A stretch of DNA of 64,000 nucleotides, taken from NCBI RefSeq assembly GCF_009914755.1, contig NC_060930.1; one strand, given 5' to 3'. This document shows positions 12,620 through 26,081 of this stretch, in pieces (position 1 is the stretch's first letter; every line of letters begins with the position of its first letter). The notes under the pieces are model-generated. The model saw only the letters and a list, made by a program, of their open reading frames with translations, ran no database searches and was not told where the DNA came from. Both the position numbers and the translations under genes were made by a program. The stretch is from the human T2T-CHM13v2.0 reference genome, Homo sapiens.

Positions 12620-15600
12620 ATTTTTCCAATTTTTATTGTGTAAAACATACATAACATAAAACTCACAATCTCAGCGATTTTTAAGTGTACAGTTCAGTGG
12701 CATTAAGTACATTTACATTGTTGTGCCAGTATCACCACCACCCATCTCCAGAACATTACATCTTGAGGAACTGAAACTCTATACTCATTAAAAATTAACT
12801 CCTCCTTGCTCCCTATCCCTGGCCCCTGGAAATCACCATCCTACTTTTTGTCTCTGTGGTTTTGACTACTCTTAAGTACCCCATATAAGTAGAATCACAC
12901 AGTATTTCTTTTTATGACTATTGCATTTCACTTAGAACAGTATCTTCATGGTTCATTCATATCATCACTTATGTAAGACTTCCCCTCATTTTAAGGCAGA
13001 ATAATACTCTATTGTGTGTTTTATACATATAAGATCATATCATCTGCAAATATACATAATTTTACTTCTTTTCTCTTATGTCTTTTATTTCATTTTCTTG
13101 ACTGATTGCTTCACTAGAACTTCCAATAGTATGTTGAATAGCAGGCAATAGTGGGGATCTTTTGCTGTTCTTAACGTGAAGGGAAGTTTTTATTTCATCT
13201 TTCACTATTAAGCATGATGTTTGCAGTGAGCTTTTCATATATGACTTTTATTATGTTGAGGTGGGTTATCTCTAATTCCTAGTTTTTTATGTTTTAATCA
13301 TGAAAGATTGCTAAATTGTGTCAAGTGCTTTTTCTGCATCAATTTAAATAATTATGTGGGTTTTCTTCCTTCATTCTGTTAATGTGGTATATTATCATGA
13401 TTTATTTTCATGTGTCGAAGCATCCTTGTACTCCAGAAATAAATTCCACTGGGTCATAGTACATAATTCTTTTAATTATGCTGGTGAATTTTATTTTCTA
13501 GTATTTTGTTAAGAATTTTGGCGTCAATGTTCATACAGGATATTGGTTTCTATTTTTATTTTTCTGCAATGTCTTTGCCTACAGACAATTTGATATCCTG
13601 GCAATGCTGGCTTTACAACATGAATTAGGATGTGTTTTCCTTCTTTATGTTTTTGGAAAACTTAAAAAAGTTTAGTTTTCCCAACTCTATTAGTGCTTCT
13701 TTAAATATCTGCTAGAATTCATCAGTGAAGCTATGAGGTCCAGGGCTCTTGTTTGTTGGGAGATTTTTGGTTTCTGATTCAATCTCCTCACTAGTAAATA
13801 GGTCTTTTCAGATTTTCTATTTCTTTGTAATTTAGTTTTTGTTGGCTTCATGTTTCTAGGAATTTATTCATTTAATCTAGATTATCCAATTTGTTGGCAT
13901 ATGATAATTCATAGTATTTTAAATAATTTTTTCATCTGGAGTAATGAACAATATCTCCACTGTAATTTCTTATTTTAGTAATTCATCTTTCTTTTTTTCT
14001 TAGTCCATATAGCTCTAGGGTTGTCAATTTTATTATTCTTTTTGAAGAAGTAATATCGGGGGAACCCGCCCCCAATATTTCAATGTAGGTTCTATTTTTC
14101 CTAAGTGTCAGCCAGTCTGAGAAATAAAGAGAAATAGTACAAAGAGAGGAATTTTACAGCTGGGCTGCTGGGGGTGACATCACATATTGGTAGGACTGTG
14201 ATGCCCACCTGAGCCACAAAACCAGCAAGTTTTATTGAGGATTTCAAAAGGGGAGGGGGTGCAAGAACAGGGAGTAGGTCACAAGATCACATGCTTCAAA
14301 GGGCAAAAGGAGAACAAAGATCACATGCTTCTGAGGAAACAGGACAAAGGCAAAATCACAAACTCCTGATAAGGGTCCAGCAAAGATCACAAGGCAAAGG
14401 GCAAAAGCAGAATTACTGATAAGGGTCTATGTTCAGCAATGCATGTATTGTCTTGATAAACATCTTAAACAACAGAAAACAGGGTTTGAGACCAGAGAAC
14501 CAGTCTGACCTCAAATTTACCAGGGTGGAGTTCCCCAATACTAGTAAGCCTGAGGGTACTGCAGGAGACCAGGGTGCATTTCAGTCCTTATCTCAACCGC
14601 ATAAGACAGACACTCCCAGAGCAGCCATTTATAGATCTCCCCCAAGGAATGCCTTCCTTCCCCAGGGTATTAATTATTAATATTCCTTGCTAGGAAAAGA
14701 ATATAGTGATATCTTCCCTACTTCCATATCCATTTATAGGCTCTCTGCAAGAAGAAAAATATGGCTCTATTCTGCCCAACCCTGCAGGCAGTCAGACCTT
14801 ATGGTTGTCTTCCCTTGTTCCCTAAAATCGCTGTTATTCTGTTCTTTTTCAAGGTGCACTGATTTCATATTGTTCAAACACATAAGTTTTACAACCAATT
14901 TGTACAGTTAACACAATTATCATAGTGGCCCTGAGGTGATGTACATCCTCAGCTTACAAAGATAATAGGATTAAGAGATTAAATTAAGACAGGCATAAGA
15001 AATTATGAAAGTATTTTTTGGGAACTGGTAAATGTCCATGAAATCTTCACAATTTATGTTCCTTTGCCATGGCTTCAGCCAGTCCCTCCATTTGGGGTCC
15101 CTGACTTCCCACAACAAAGTAATCTTTTGGTTTGTTGATTTTCTCTACTTTGTTCATCTCTGTTCCAATCTTTATTATTTCCTTCCTCTAATAACTCTAG
15201 GCTTAGTTTGTTCTTTTTTTCCCCAAGTTTCTTAAATTGTTGATTTAAGATCTAAATTGCTTCTTTTAAATGTGAGTCTTTACCACTATAAATTTCCCAT
15301 TAGCAATTATCTCATCGTGTTCCATAAGTTTTGGTATGTTATGTTTTTATTTTGATTTATTCCCAAGTACTTCTAAATATCCTTGTGATTTCTCATGTGA
15401 TCCATTGGTTGTTTAAGAATGCACTGCTTAATTTTCACATATTAATGAATTTTTTGGTTTCACATCTATTATTGATTTCCAACTTCATACTGTTGTGGTT
15501 GAAGAAAATATTTTGCATGATATTTTTCTTTCTTAATTGATTGAGACATAATTTTTGGCCTAATATATTATTAATCTTAGAAAAGTTTCCACGTGCACTT

Positions 15601-17425
15601 CAGTAGAATGTGTATGCTGTTGTTGTTGGGTAGATTGGTCTATATATATGTTAGATACAGTTGGTTTATCATGTTGTTCATGTTCTTATTTCCTTTCTTA
15701 TCTTCTATCTGGTTGTTCCATTTATTAAAACAGTGGGTTATGGAAGTCTCCAACTATTATTGTAAAATTGTCTATTTATTCCTTCAATTCTGTCAGTTTC
15801 ATTTAAACATTTTCTTGTTATTTGGATTGTAAAGTTTTATTATTGTTATATATTTTTGCTTATTTATCTCATCTTTTCTTTAAAGTATATTTTTCTTGAT
15901 ATTAATATAGCCATCCCTGCTTTCTTTTGGCTACTATGTGCATAGAATATCATTTCTCATCTATTTACTTTCTGTCTATTTGTATATTTAGTTCTAAAGT
16001 GAGTCTCTTGTAAATTATATTTAGTTAGATCATTGGTCTCATACATTCTGCCAATCTGTATTTTGACTGGAGAGTTTAATCCATTTACATTTAAAGTCAT
16101 TACTGATAAGAAGGGACTTACTTATTTACTTTAGCTATTTGTTTTCTATGTAGCTTATAGCTATTTCATTCCTCATGGTATGCATTACTGTCTCTTTTTG
16201 TATTTAGCTAATTTTTTGTAGTGAATGTTTAATTTGTTTTTAAATTTTCTATTGTGTATTTTCTATAGGTATTTTTTGTGGTAAACACATGAATTATATT
16301 TTACAACCTAAAGTAATCATACTCTAATTTGAATTTATATCAATTTACCTCAATAGTAAAATAGCTTCTTTACACATCTATCCCCAACCTATTCAGTTGC
16401 ACACAGCTTGCAAGAGCCGGGGTGTTCAAAAGACAAACTGCCCTTTAAATATCAAGATCTTTTCTCTGATCACAGATTGCTGCTTCCAGTCATAAACGTA
16501 TAGACAAAGAGGCAGGCGAACATTGGTTTTGACCCTCCCCACACTGTTGTAACCTCCGTTCTCTCTAGCTGAAGTAAATTTCAGGGAATTTAAAGAGTAA
16601 ACACCTTCTTTTCTAATCATTTTTTTCTCTTTTCCCCCTTTAGGAGCCATACATTAAAGACTAGGATAATCAAAAGTAATTGCACATATACAGGTAATTA
16701 GAAAGATATCACACATTCCCAGCGAAAGACACGGGCTCAGAAAAGACCTGAGAAAATCTTAAATTAACAGTTCAAGATGATTTTTAGCACAGAGACAGCC
16801 TACAACTATCAAAAGAAAACAAAAAAGAAAAACAAAAAGCAGCAAACCCTAGGCAAGTAGGAGAATCTGATTCTAGAGTTACCACATTATTGGATACAAA
16901 TGTCCAGTTTTAAACAAAAAATTACAAAACACACAAGGAAACTAGAAAGCACGGACCAATCAAAGGAAAAAAAATATAAATCAATGGAAAAGTTCCCCAA
17001 CAAAGATCAGATGACACATTTTCTAGGGAAAGACTTTGGAAACTACTGTCTTAAAGATGTTCAGATAACTAGAGGAAGACATGGAGAAAGTGAAGAAAAT
17101 GATGTATAACTACAATGTTTATATTAATTAAAAAATAGAAAACCTAAAAAGAAACCAAATCAAAATTCCATAGCTGAAAATACAATAGCTGAAAGCATGG
17201 CTCCTTGTCATGGAGCTAGGGAGACGGGGATGGGGAGTTACTACAGTGCTAAGAATTGAAATTGAGTAAACTAACCACAATTTACATCTCAAGCCTTCCC
17301 CTAGGAGTTGGAAGTTTTCAATAGAGTCCAGAGTTCCAAGTTGGTTACATCAGACAGATTCTGCTAGCGCAATTATTGTCTTAGTAGAGAGATTGCTTCC
17401 TGGTGCTTCCTATTGAACATCTTCA
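12620..17425 (-). mobile_element. Ancient L1MB-type LINE-1, once near full-length, now deleted, inverted and interrupted
   Basis: L1MB 3' UTR (12620-13020); antisense RT FADDMILY at ~13025-13050; EN N-terminus LSVMTLNVNGLNSP at ~16070-16110; L1M-type 5' end at 17195-17425; a sense-oriented 5'UTR/ORF1 piece at ~16400-17194. Confidence 0.7.
14054..15116 (-). mobile_element. MER11A solo LTR (HERV-K HML-8)
   Basis: Reverse complement starts tgttgtgggaagtcagggacccc and ends gaaatattgggggcgggttcccccgata; perfect 6-bp TSD AAGTAA (14048-14053 / 15117-15122). Confidence 0.93.
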
Positions 17426-17564
17426 CAGATCCTTCTATAGTCTACATGTGACACTTGAAACCAAAGAGGATGAAAAAATATTATTTTCCTAAACTTAACT
17501 GGGTTAAATATGGAAGCATTAATGACAAACATTGAAGATACAATATGTTATTCATATGTGTGTT

Positions 17565-17601
17565 TGTGTGTGTGTGCGTGTGCGCGCGCGTGTGTGTGTG
17601 T
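17565..17601. repeat. (TG)n/(CG)n alternating purine-pyrimidine tract
   Basis: tgtgtgtgtgtgcgtgtgcgcgcgcgtgtgtgtgtgt. Confidence 0.9.
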
Positions 17602-19199
17602 TGGGGTATTTTTTGTGTTTATTAGATAGTTTCAGTGAGACAATAATAGACAAAGTTATTAGATGGTTAAGGAAACATTCCTATAAATATTGGTCCCATA
17701 AGTTATGCTGAGTTAAAATTAAAACAGCAATCTAAATGTTGTAATAAATTATAACATCTGAGATTTTTAGGAATAAAAACATAAAAGCATATCTGATATA
17801 TATTTAAACATGTTCAGATACTTATATCCTTTATTCAGCATTTCTGCTGGTAGATCTTTACTCTGATGAACCATTTAAAATATGTGAAATGTGTTGTGTA
17901 AGATAATTTATTTGAAGCACTTATAAAATTAGATATGTTATATATCTTATGATGTGTTCCATCTTATATGATTGATGGAACATATTAAATGTAATAATGA
18001 AAAATTGATTAAATAAAATATATTATGCTTATTGCAATTACTCAGTTGATAGTGATTGAAATTTACCTTACATAAGAATATTTTAAAGCATAGAGAATGT
18101 TTATGTTATTGTTATAGCATATAAACTCTATGTGAGAGATTGAGACAACATGATCCATTAAACACAGATTTACTTGCTCAAATCCTATGAAATGAGAAAC
18201 ATATTTTTTTGTAAATGCTAAGTCAATAACAATCTTAGGTGACAGCATTACGTATACGTGTTGGCCTAAAAACTGGGAAAATCCCTGAAAAATAGAAAGC
18301 AAACAATAGAAGATCTATAAATAAATAACTGGAGAAAACCACACACCAATTCTCACACAGGAGAGTACCATTACAGAAGGCTATTATGAGACTGTACATA
18401 AAGAATAATGTTGAGTCAGTTGTAGACTCAGAATCAACTAAAGAGTTGAGAAAACAAACAGTGGGAATGAACCTTGGGGAAAAAGGATTATATATGTTTT
18501 AAAGTAGTTTCAGTGGAATGATTGTTATTCTACTTCATAGACACAGAGAGAATGCTATGTGTAATGAGCAAAAAACAGCAGTGGCTTTTGTTCATAGGCT
18601 ATGCCATCAAGTATGGACTTCAGTGATTGACAGTGTCCCAGTAGTATAACAATGAGTTGTTGACTCCAGGGGCTAGAAAGCATAAGGAAGAACTTAATAA
18701 AAAAAATGTAGAAAACCTCTGAGTTTCAGTAAATCTTTGAAATATAACTCAATTCATTAAAATAAATAATAACATCAATATAATTCTGGCACATATAATA
18801 GTGAGAAGACACAAAAAATATACTGTGCCAAAAAGCACAAACATATAATTAAGTATATACAAGTAGAAATACAGAGAAAAATTAAAACTTAAAAATTAAT
18901 GTATTATTTTATTTATGTAATTTTGCAATCATATTCAAAAGTTGTTTTATTAAGAAAATATAAATAACTTTGGTTAAAAATTAGAAATTCTGCAAAGAGA
19001 AAAATTAAGAGAATAAACTAATATTAAAGTGTAACTACCAAATTTTAAAAATAAATAATCCCATGTATTATTAAAGTCACAAATTGTATAAATAGAAATC
19101 GTTACAAAGTATTACTAAAACTAACAAAGAAAACTAGAAAAAAATAAATTTATGACCATATCTGTAATAATGGCATATTATTGAAGGAATTTATTATAA

Positions 19200-21071
<1,872 letters not shown>

Positions 21072-22264
21072 TTAGTTTTAAGCTTTTCTATTATTTCCTA
21101 AGTTTTGTTATTAATTAACATATTTTCTTCTGCAAATCCTAGTATCTGTCAGACAGATTTACAGGAAAGTACATTTCAACTTATATGGTTCTTTATTGAT
21201 TCTAAGAAACATATAGCTTTTATAATTACTGTTATTATTGTTATTGTTTTATGGCATTGTAACATCTCCAAAATTGACCTAAACCTTCAATAGATGGCAT
21301 GCAAATAATTATTAGTAGCACAAAAAATAACAATGGATCTCATACTCTTTGGCATTAACAATTAAAAAGAAGTAGTATATTAGCATTCAAGTCCTAGTCC
21401 AAATGTTATTAATAGAACTTTTGAGAGAGTATTGATCGGGGGTACAGAAAAATCAAAAAGAGAAACCATTCTATAAAACTTAAACTTGATAATGTGGGGA
21501 GTAAAGATCAGAGATCATGAGGAATGACTTTAATTTTTAAAAGATTTGTATTAGAATATATATCTTTAAAGGTGTTTCTTTGTATTTGTTTGCTTTACTA
21601 AAGGAGAAAGTTTGTTAAAAAGTAGACTTTACACATTTCATGAAAACACAGAAAACTTCGAGGTATAATTTAGTAAGTTAAATTTCTACTGAGCGACTCT
21701 AAAGTGATTGATCAGTTTACCTTGATAACTTCTGGTGATATTCTGAAATAGAAAACAGAAAAAAAACAGTTCTTGTAATCAAGAGAAAAAGATTCACAGG
21801 CTTCGTAATTTCCTTTCTCATAATTTTATTGATATTTTCTTAATTTCATATTTATTTTTATCCCCAGAAGATAATGCTGCTTCTTCATGTTACACTTCCT
21901 TATTTTTAAGTGCTTGCATATATAGGCAAGATATGTGTCACTAGTTAGAAACTGAGTTATCCTAATTATACTTTTCTTATAATATCCACATTTACATAGA
22001 CTTCAGTTTACTATTAACATTTTTATGCTTGAACATAAAATTTTTGTAGTCAAAATGTGCATATACCGATGACTCTGAACCAAACTACAGACAAGCAAAT
22101 TTCTCATAAATTTGATTTCTGCCATTCTTCAAGATATCCTTTGACACTATCTTCCAGATGTTTGACATTGTCAAACAGCTCCCCTTTTAGAGGTATCCTA
22201 TTTATTTGTAAGTTTATCCAAAAAAGATCTAGGTAACTACTGAATTTTTAAAAATCAACCAGGT

Positions 22265-24305
22265 TCTATAGACAATATCAGGGTTCGCTCTTGGTGTCAT
22301 ATATTCTATGTGTTTGAACAAATATATAATTACATCAATCTATCATTCTAGTGTCATATGGAATATGTTCACTTCTCTAAAAATGCTCTGTGCTTCACCT
22401 ACTCATTCTTTCTTTCCCCTAATCTTTGTCAACCAGTAATATTTTTATTGTTTTCATTGTTTTGCTTCTTCTAGAATGTCATATTGTTGGAATCACACAG
22501 TAGGTAGCATTTTTAGATTGTTCTTTCACTCATTAATATGCATTTACGTTTCCTCCATGTCTTTTCATGGCTCAATAGCTCATTTCTTTTTAGCACTGAA
22601 TAACATTCTATTGTTTGGATGTGCCACAGTTTATCCATTCACCTGCTGAAGGACATCTTGAGTGCTTTCATTTTGGCAATTATGTATAACATTGCTATGA
22701 ACTGTCATGTGCATGTTTTGGGGTGGACATTGGCTTTTAAACTCCTATGAGTATCAAGGAGCACAATTGCAGGTGAGTATGGTAAGAGTATATTTGTTTT
22801 TGTAAGAAACACCAAACTGTTTCCTAAAGTGGTTGTACCATTTTACATTCGCACCATCAATTAATGAGCGATCCTGTCCATACACATAACAGAGAGAATT
22901 TGATGTTGCCACTGTTTGGGATTTTGGCCATTCTAATAGGTGTGTAGTGGTATCTCATTGTTTTAATTACCATTTTCCTGGTAACATATAAGTGGGGGCA
23001 TATTTTCATACACTTATTTGCCATCTGTATATCTTCAATGATGAGACATTTGTTAAAGTCTTTGGCCTATTTTTTAATTGTGTTGTCTGCATTCTTATTG
23101 TTGAGTTTTAAGAGTTGTCTGTTTTAAAAAACAGTCTTCTATTGATACATGTTTTGCAAATATTTTTCCCAAGCTGTGGCCTGTCTTTGCATTCTCCTGA
23201 CAGTGTCTTTTGCAGGGCATAAATTTTTAATTTTGACAAAGTTTTAGCATGCCCTATCACTCATTTTTTTCTTAGATTGTGCCTTTGGTGTTGTAACTAA
23301 AAAGTAATCACCAAATGTAAGGTCATCTATATTTTTCCTGTGTTATATTCTAGAATTTTTATTGTTCATTTAGGTCTGCAACTCATTTTCAATTATTTCT
23401 GAAGAACGTAAAGTCTATATCAAGATTAAATTTTGTGTATGGATATCTATTTGTTCCAGCACAATTTGTTGAAAAGACTATTTTTGCTTCATTGCATTGC
23501 CTTTGTTCCGTTATCATACACCAGTTGACTACTTTTATGTAGATCTACTTCTGAGTTATATTCTGTTCCATTAATCTGCTTATTCCTTGACCAATACTAT
23601 GCTGTCTTCATTACTGTAGCTTTGTTACAGGACTTGAAGTCAGGAACTGTCAGTCCTCCAGCTTTATTCTTCTTTAATATTGTGATTGCTGTTCTGGATA
23701 TTTTCCCATTCTATATAAACTTTAGAATCAGTTTGTTGATATCCACAAAATAAACTGCTGAAATTTTTATTGATATTATATTAAATCTATAAAATACATT
23801 GGAAAGAACTGATATCCTGACAATAATGGGTCTTCATATTGATGAACATGAAATATCTTTCCATTTATTTATTTCTTCTTTGATTTATTTCATCAGAGTT
23901 TCATAATTTTTCCAGTAGACATTTTGTACATATATTGTTAGATTTATACTTAAGTATTTCATATTTTGATTTCTAATACAAATGGTATTGTGTTTCTAAT
24001 ATCACATTTTATCTGTTAATATCTGGCATATAGGAAAGTGATTGAATTTTGTCTTGATCTTCTAGTCTGCAAATTTGCCATTATTGCTTATCAGTTCCAG
24101 GAGATTTTTTTTTTGTTAATTCTTTAAAATTTCCTGTATAGATAATCATGGCATCTTTAAACAATAACAGTTTTATTTGTTCCTTGCTGACATATGCACT
24201 TCTTATTTCCTTTTCTTGTCTTACTGTATTAACTGGGACTTCCAGTATAATATTAAAAAGCACCAGTGAGGGAAGACAACCTTGCCTTGTCTCTGGTCTT
24301 AGTTG
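22265..24305 (-). mobile_element. L1MC1/2-like LINE-1 3' part
   Basis: gggttcgctcttggtgtcatatattctatg UTR; antisense ORF2 RT (ORF 24081..24263 LFNIILEV...LLLFKDAMIIY). Confidence 0.8.
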
Positions 24306-24759
24306 GATTATCTTTAATCATACTGAGTTTGTGACCTTTATTTTATGTGTGGCCCCTCATCACTTTATCCCCATCCCCAAATATTTCTCTATTTTTTACA
24401 TAAACAATATTAATTAAGATATATATGCAACAGTTCAAATATATTATTTTAATTTTTCCTCATCTATTACTTTTGTAAAGAAGTCAGCTTTCAGCTTTAC
24501 TCTGTTTTAATGAATGTAATGTCTTTTTACTTTCTGCTTGTTGGTTAATGCATTACATTTTATAAAATGCCATATATACACTATATACAGCAGTCCCTAA
24601 ACATTTTATTGTTTTCTTGTTCTTCAATTACACTCCCACACAAATAAACACTAATATGTGTTTCTGTTATTACTTCAAAAGTATAGTTTTAAAAGTCAGA
24701 ATTTTAATATGTGTGTGTGTGCATGTGTATTAGGGAATTCTTTATCAGTTCACAAGGAT

Positions 24760-25510
24760 TCTGCTCATTTTTTATGTCAACATAATACTTTGTTATATTT
24801 TATTAATCATTTCCTCCTCAGCTAGATATTTGGGTTATTTTCAAGCTTTGGCTATTATAAAAAATGCTGCATAAAACGAAATTTGTATACATGTCCCTTT
24901 TTTTCTCTTTTGTAACTAGTGTTGATGTCTCAGTATCTAGTATATTTTTTCTATTTGTTAACGCTAAGTTAAGGAACAAATTACTCAGTAATTTTGCTAC
25001 AGTGTCAAATTGTCCTCCATAGGGATTTTGTAATTTTGCACATACTGGTAGTTCATACTTTTACTTCTGAATGGTTATATCACATTTTGTTTTCCATTCA
25101 CCAGCTGACAGGCGTTTTGAAAGTTTCTATTTGTTGGCTATTATGAATAATTCTGCTGTGAACAAGTTTTGTGTGGACCTATGTTTTTACTCCTTTCAGA
25201 TAAGTTACCTAGTGGAAATAATTATATGACAAGTGTATATTTTACTTTTCTTTGAAAAATCACTTTTCCATCAATAATATATGAGGATTCAGTTTCTGCA
25301 CCTCTTTTCCAACATTTAGTATTTTATGCTTTTGGGTTATAGCAATTCTAGTATGTGATGGCATCTTCATATCTTGGTGGTTTATCTTCCTAATAGGGAC
25401 TAGTTAGAGGTCACAATATATTCTACACACTAGTATTTTATTATCCCACTCTATAGTTTATTTTATTTTTTAAATTGACATCTTTTGAAGAACAAATTTT
25501 CAAAAATATG
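24760..25510 (-). mobile_element. Decayed L1M(E) 3' fragments
   Basis: Repeated ttggctattat(g/a)aa(t/a)aat.ctgc and gtgtggacctatgtttt motifs. Confidence 0.45.
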
Positions 25511-25514
25511 TTGA

Positions 25515-25665
25515 TTGCATTAATTTTCTATAGCTACTGTTACAAATTATTACATACTTATTGGCTTAAAACAGCGTACATTTATTGTCTTACAGTTCTA
25601 AATGTCAAACATCTTAAAATCACAGTCTCAGCTGGGCCATGTTTCTTTTGGAAGGTACAGGAAAG

Positions 25666-25711
<46 letters not shown>

Positions 25712-26081
25712 TTTTTGGTATTGTTTGCCTTTTCCAGATTGTAAATGTCCAGATTATGCATTCCTTGATGTTGGTTACTTCCTTTACTTTCAAAGACAGA
25801 AGTTTAGAACTTAAATACCTTTCTCTTTGTTTGACCTCTGCTTCTGGTGCCGTATCTCTCTCTTTTTTTTTTTTTTCTTTTGCACTGACCCTTTTGTCAT
25901 CTGCTTATAAAAATCATTTTTACATTGGCCCTACTGTAATAATTCAGGATAATCTGCTCATCTCTAAAATTCTTAACTTAATCCCAGCTTGCAAAGTCTG
26001 TTTTGCCATTTAGGTATAATATTTGCAAAATCAGTGAATTAGGAATTGGACACATTTAGCAGTGCACTTTCAGCCTAACAG
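25515..26081 (-). mobile_element. MLT1D/E-like MaLR LTR
   Basis: gttacaaattat..ggcttaaaaca..atttatt.tcttacagttct; caggataatct..atctc.aaa.tcttaacttaatc..gcaaagtc.ttttgccat. Confidence 0.7.
25667..25710. repeat. (TG)22 microsatellite
   Basis: Perfect tract seen directly. Confidence 0.95.

Noticed and set aside
14280-14430. Spaced direct repeats (aagatcacatgcttc; ctgataagggtc) superficially like an array
   Set aside because: Normal internal repeats of the MER11 LTR; not CRISPR, and the DNA is primate.
25475-26013. CVCVCV-rich ORFs
   Set aside because: Translation of the (TG)22 microsatellite.
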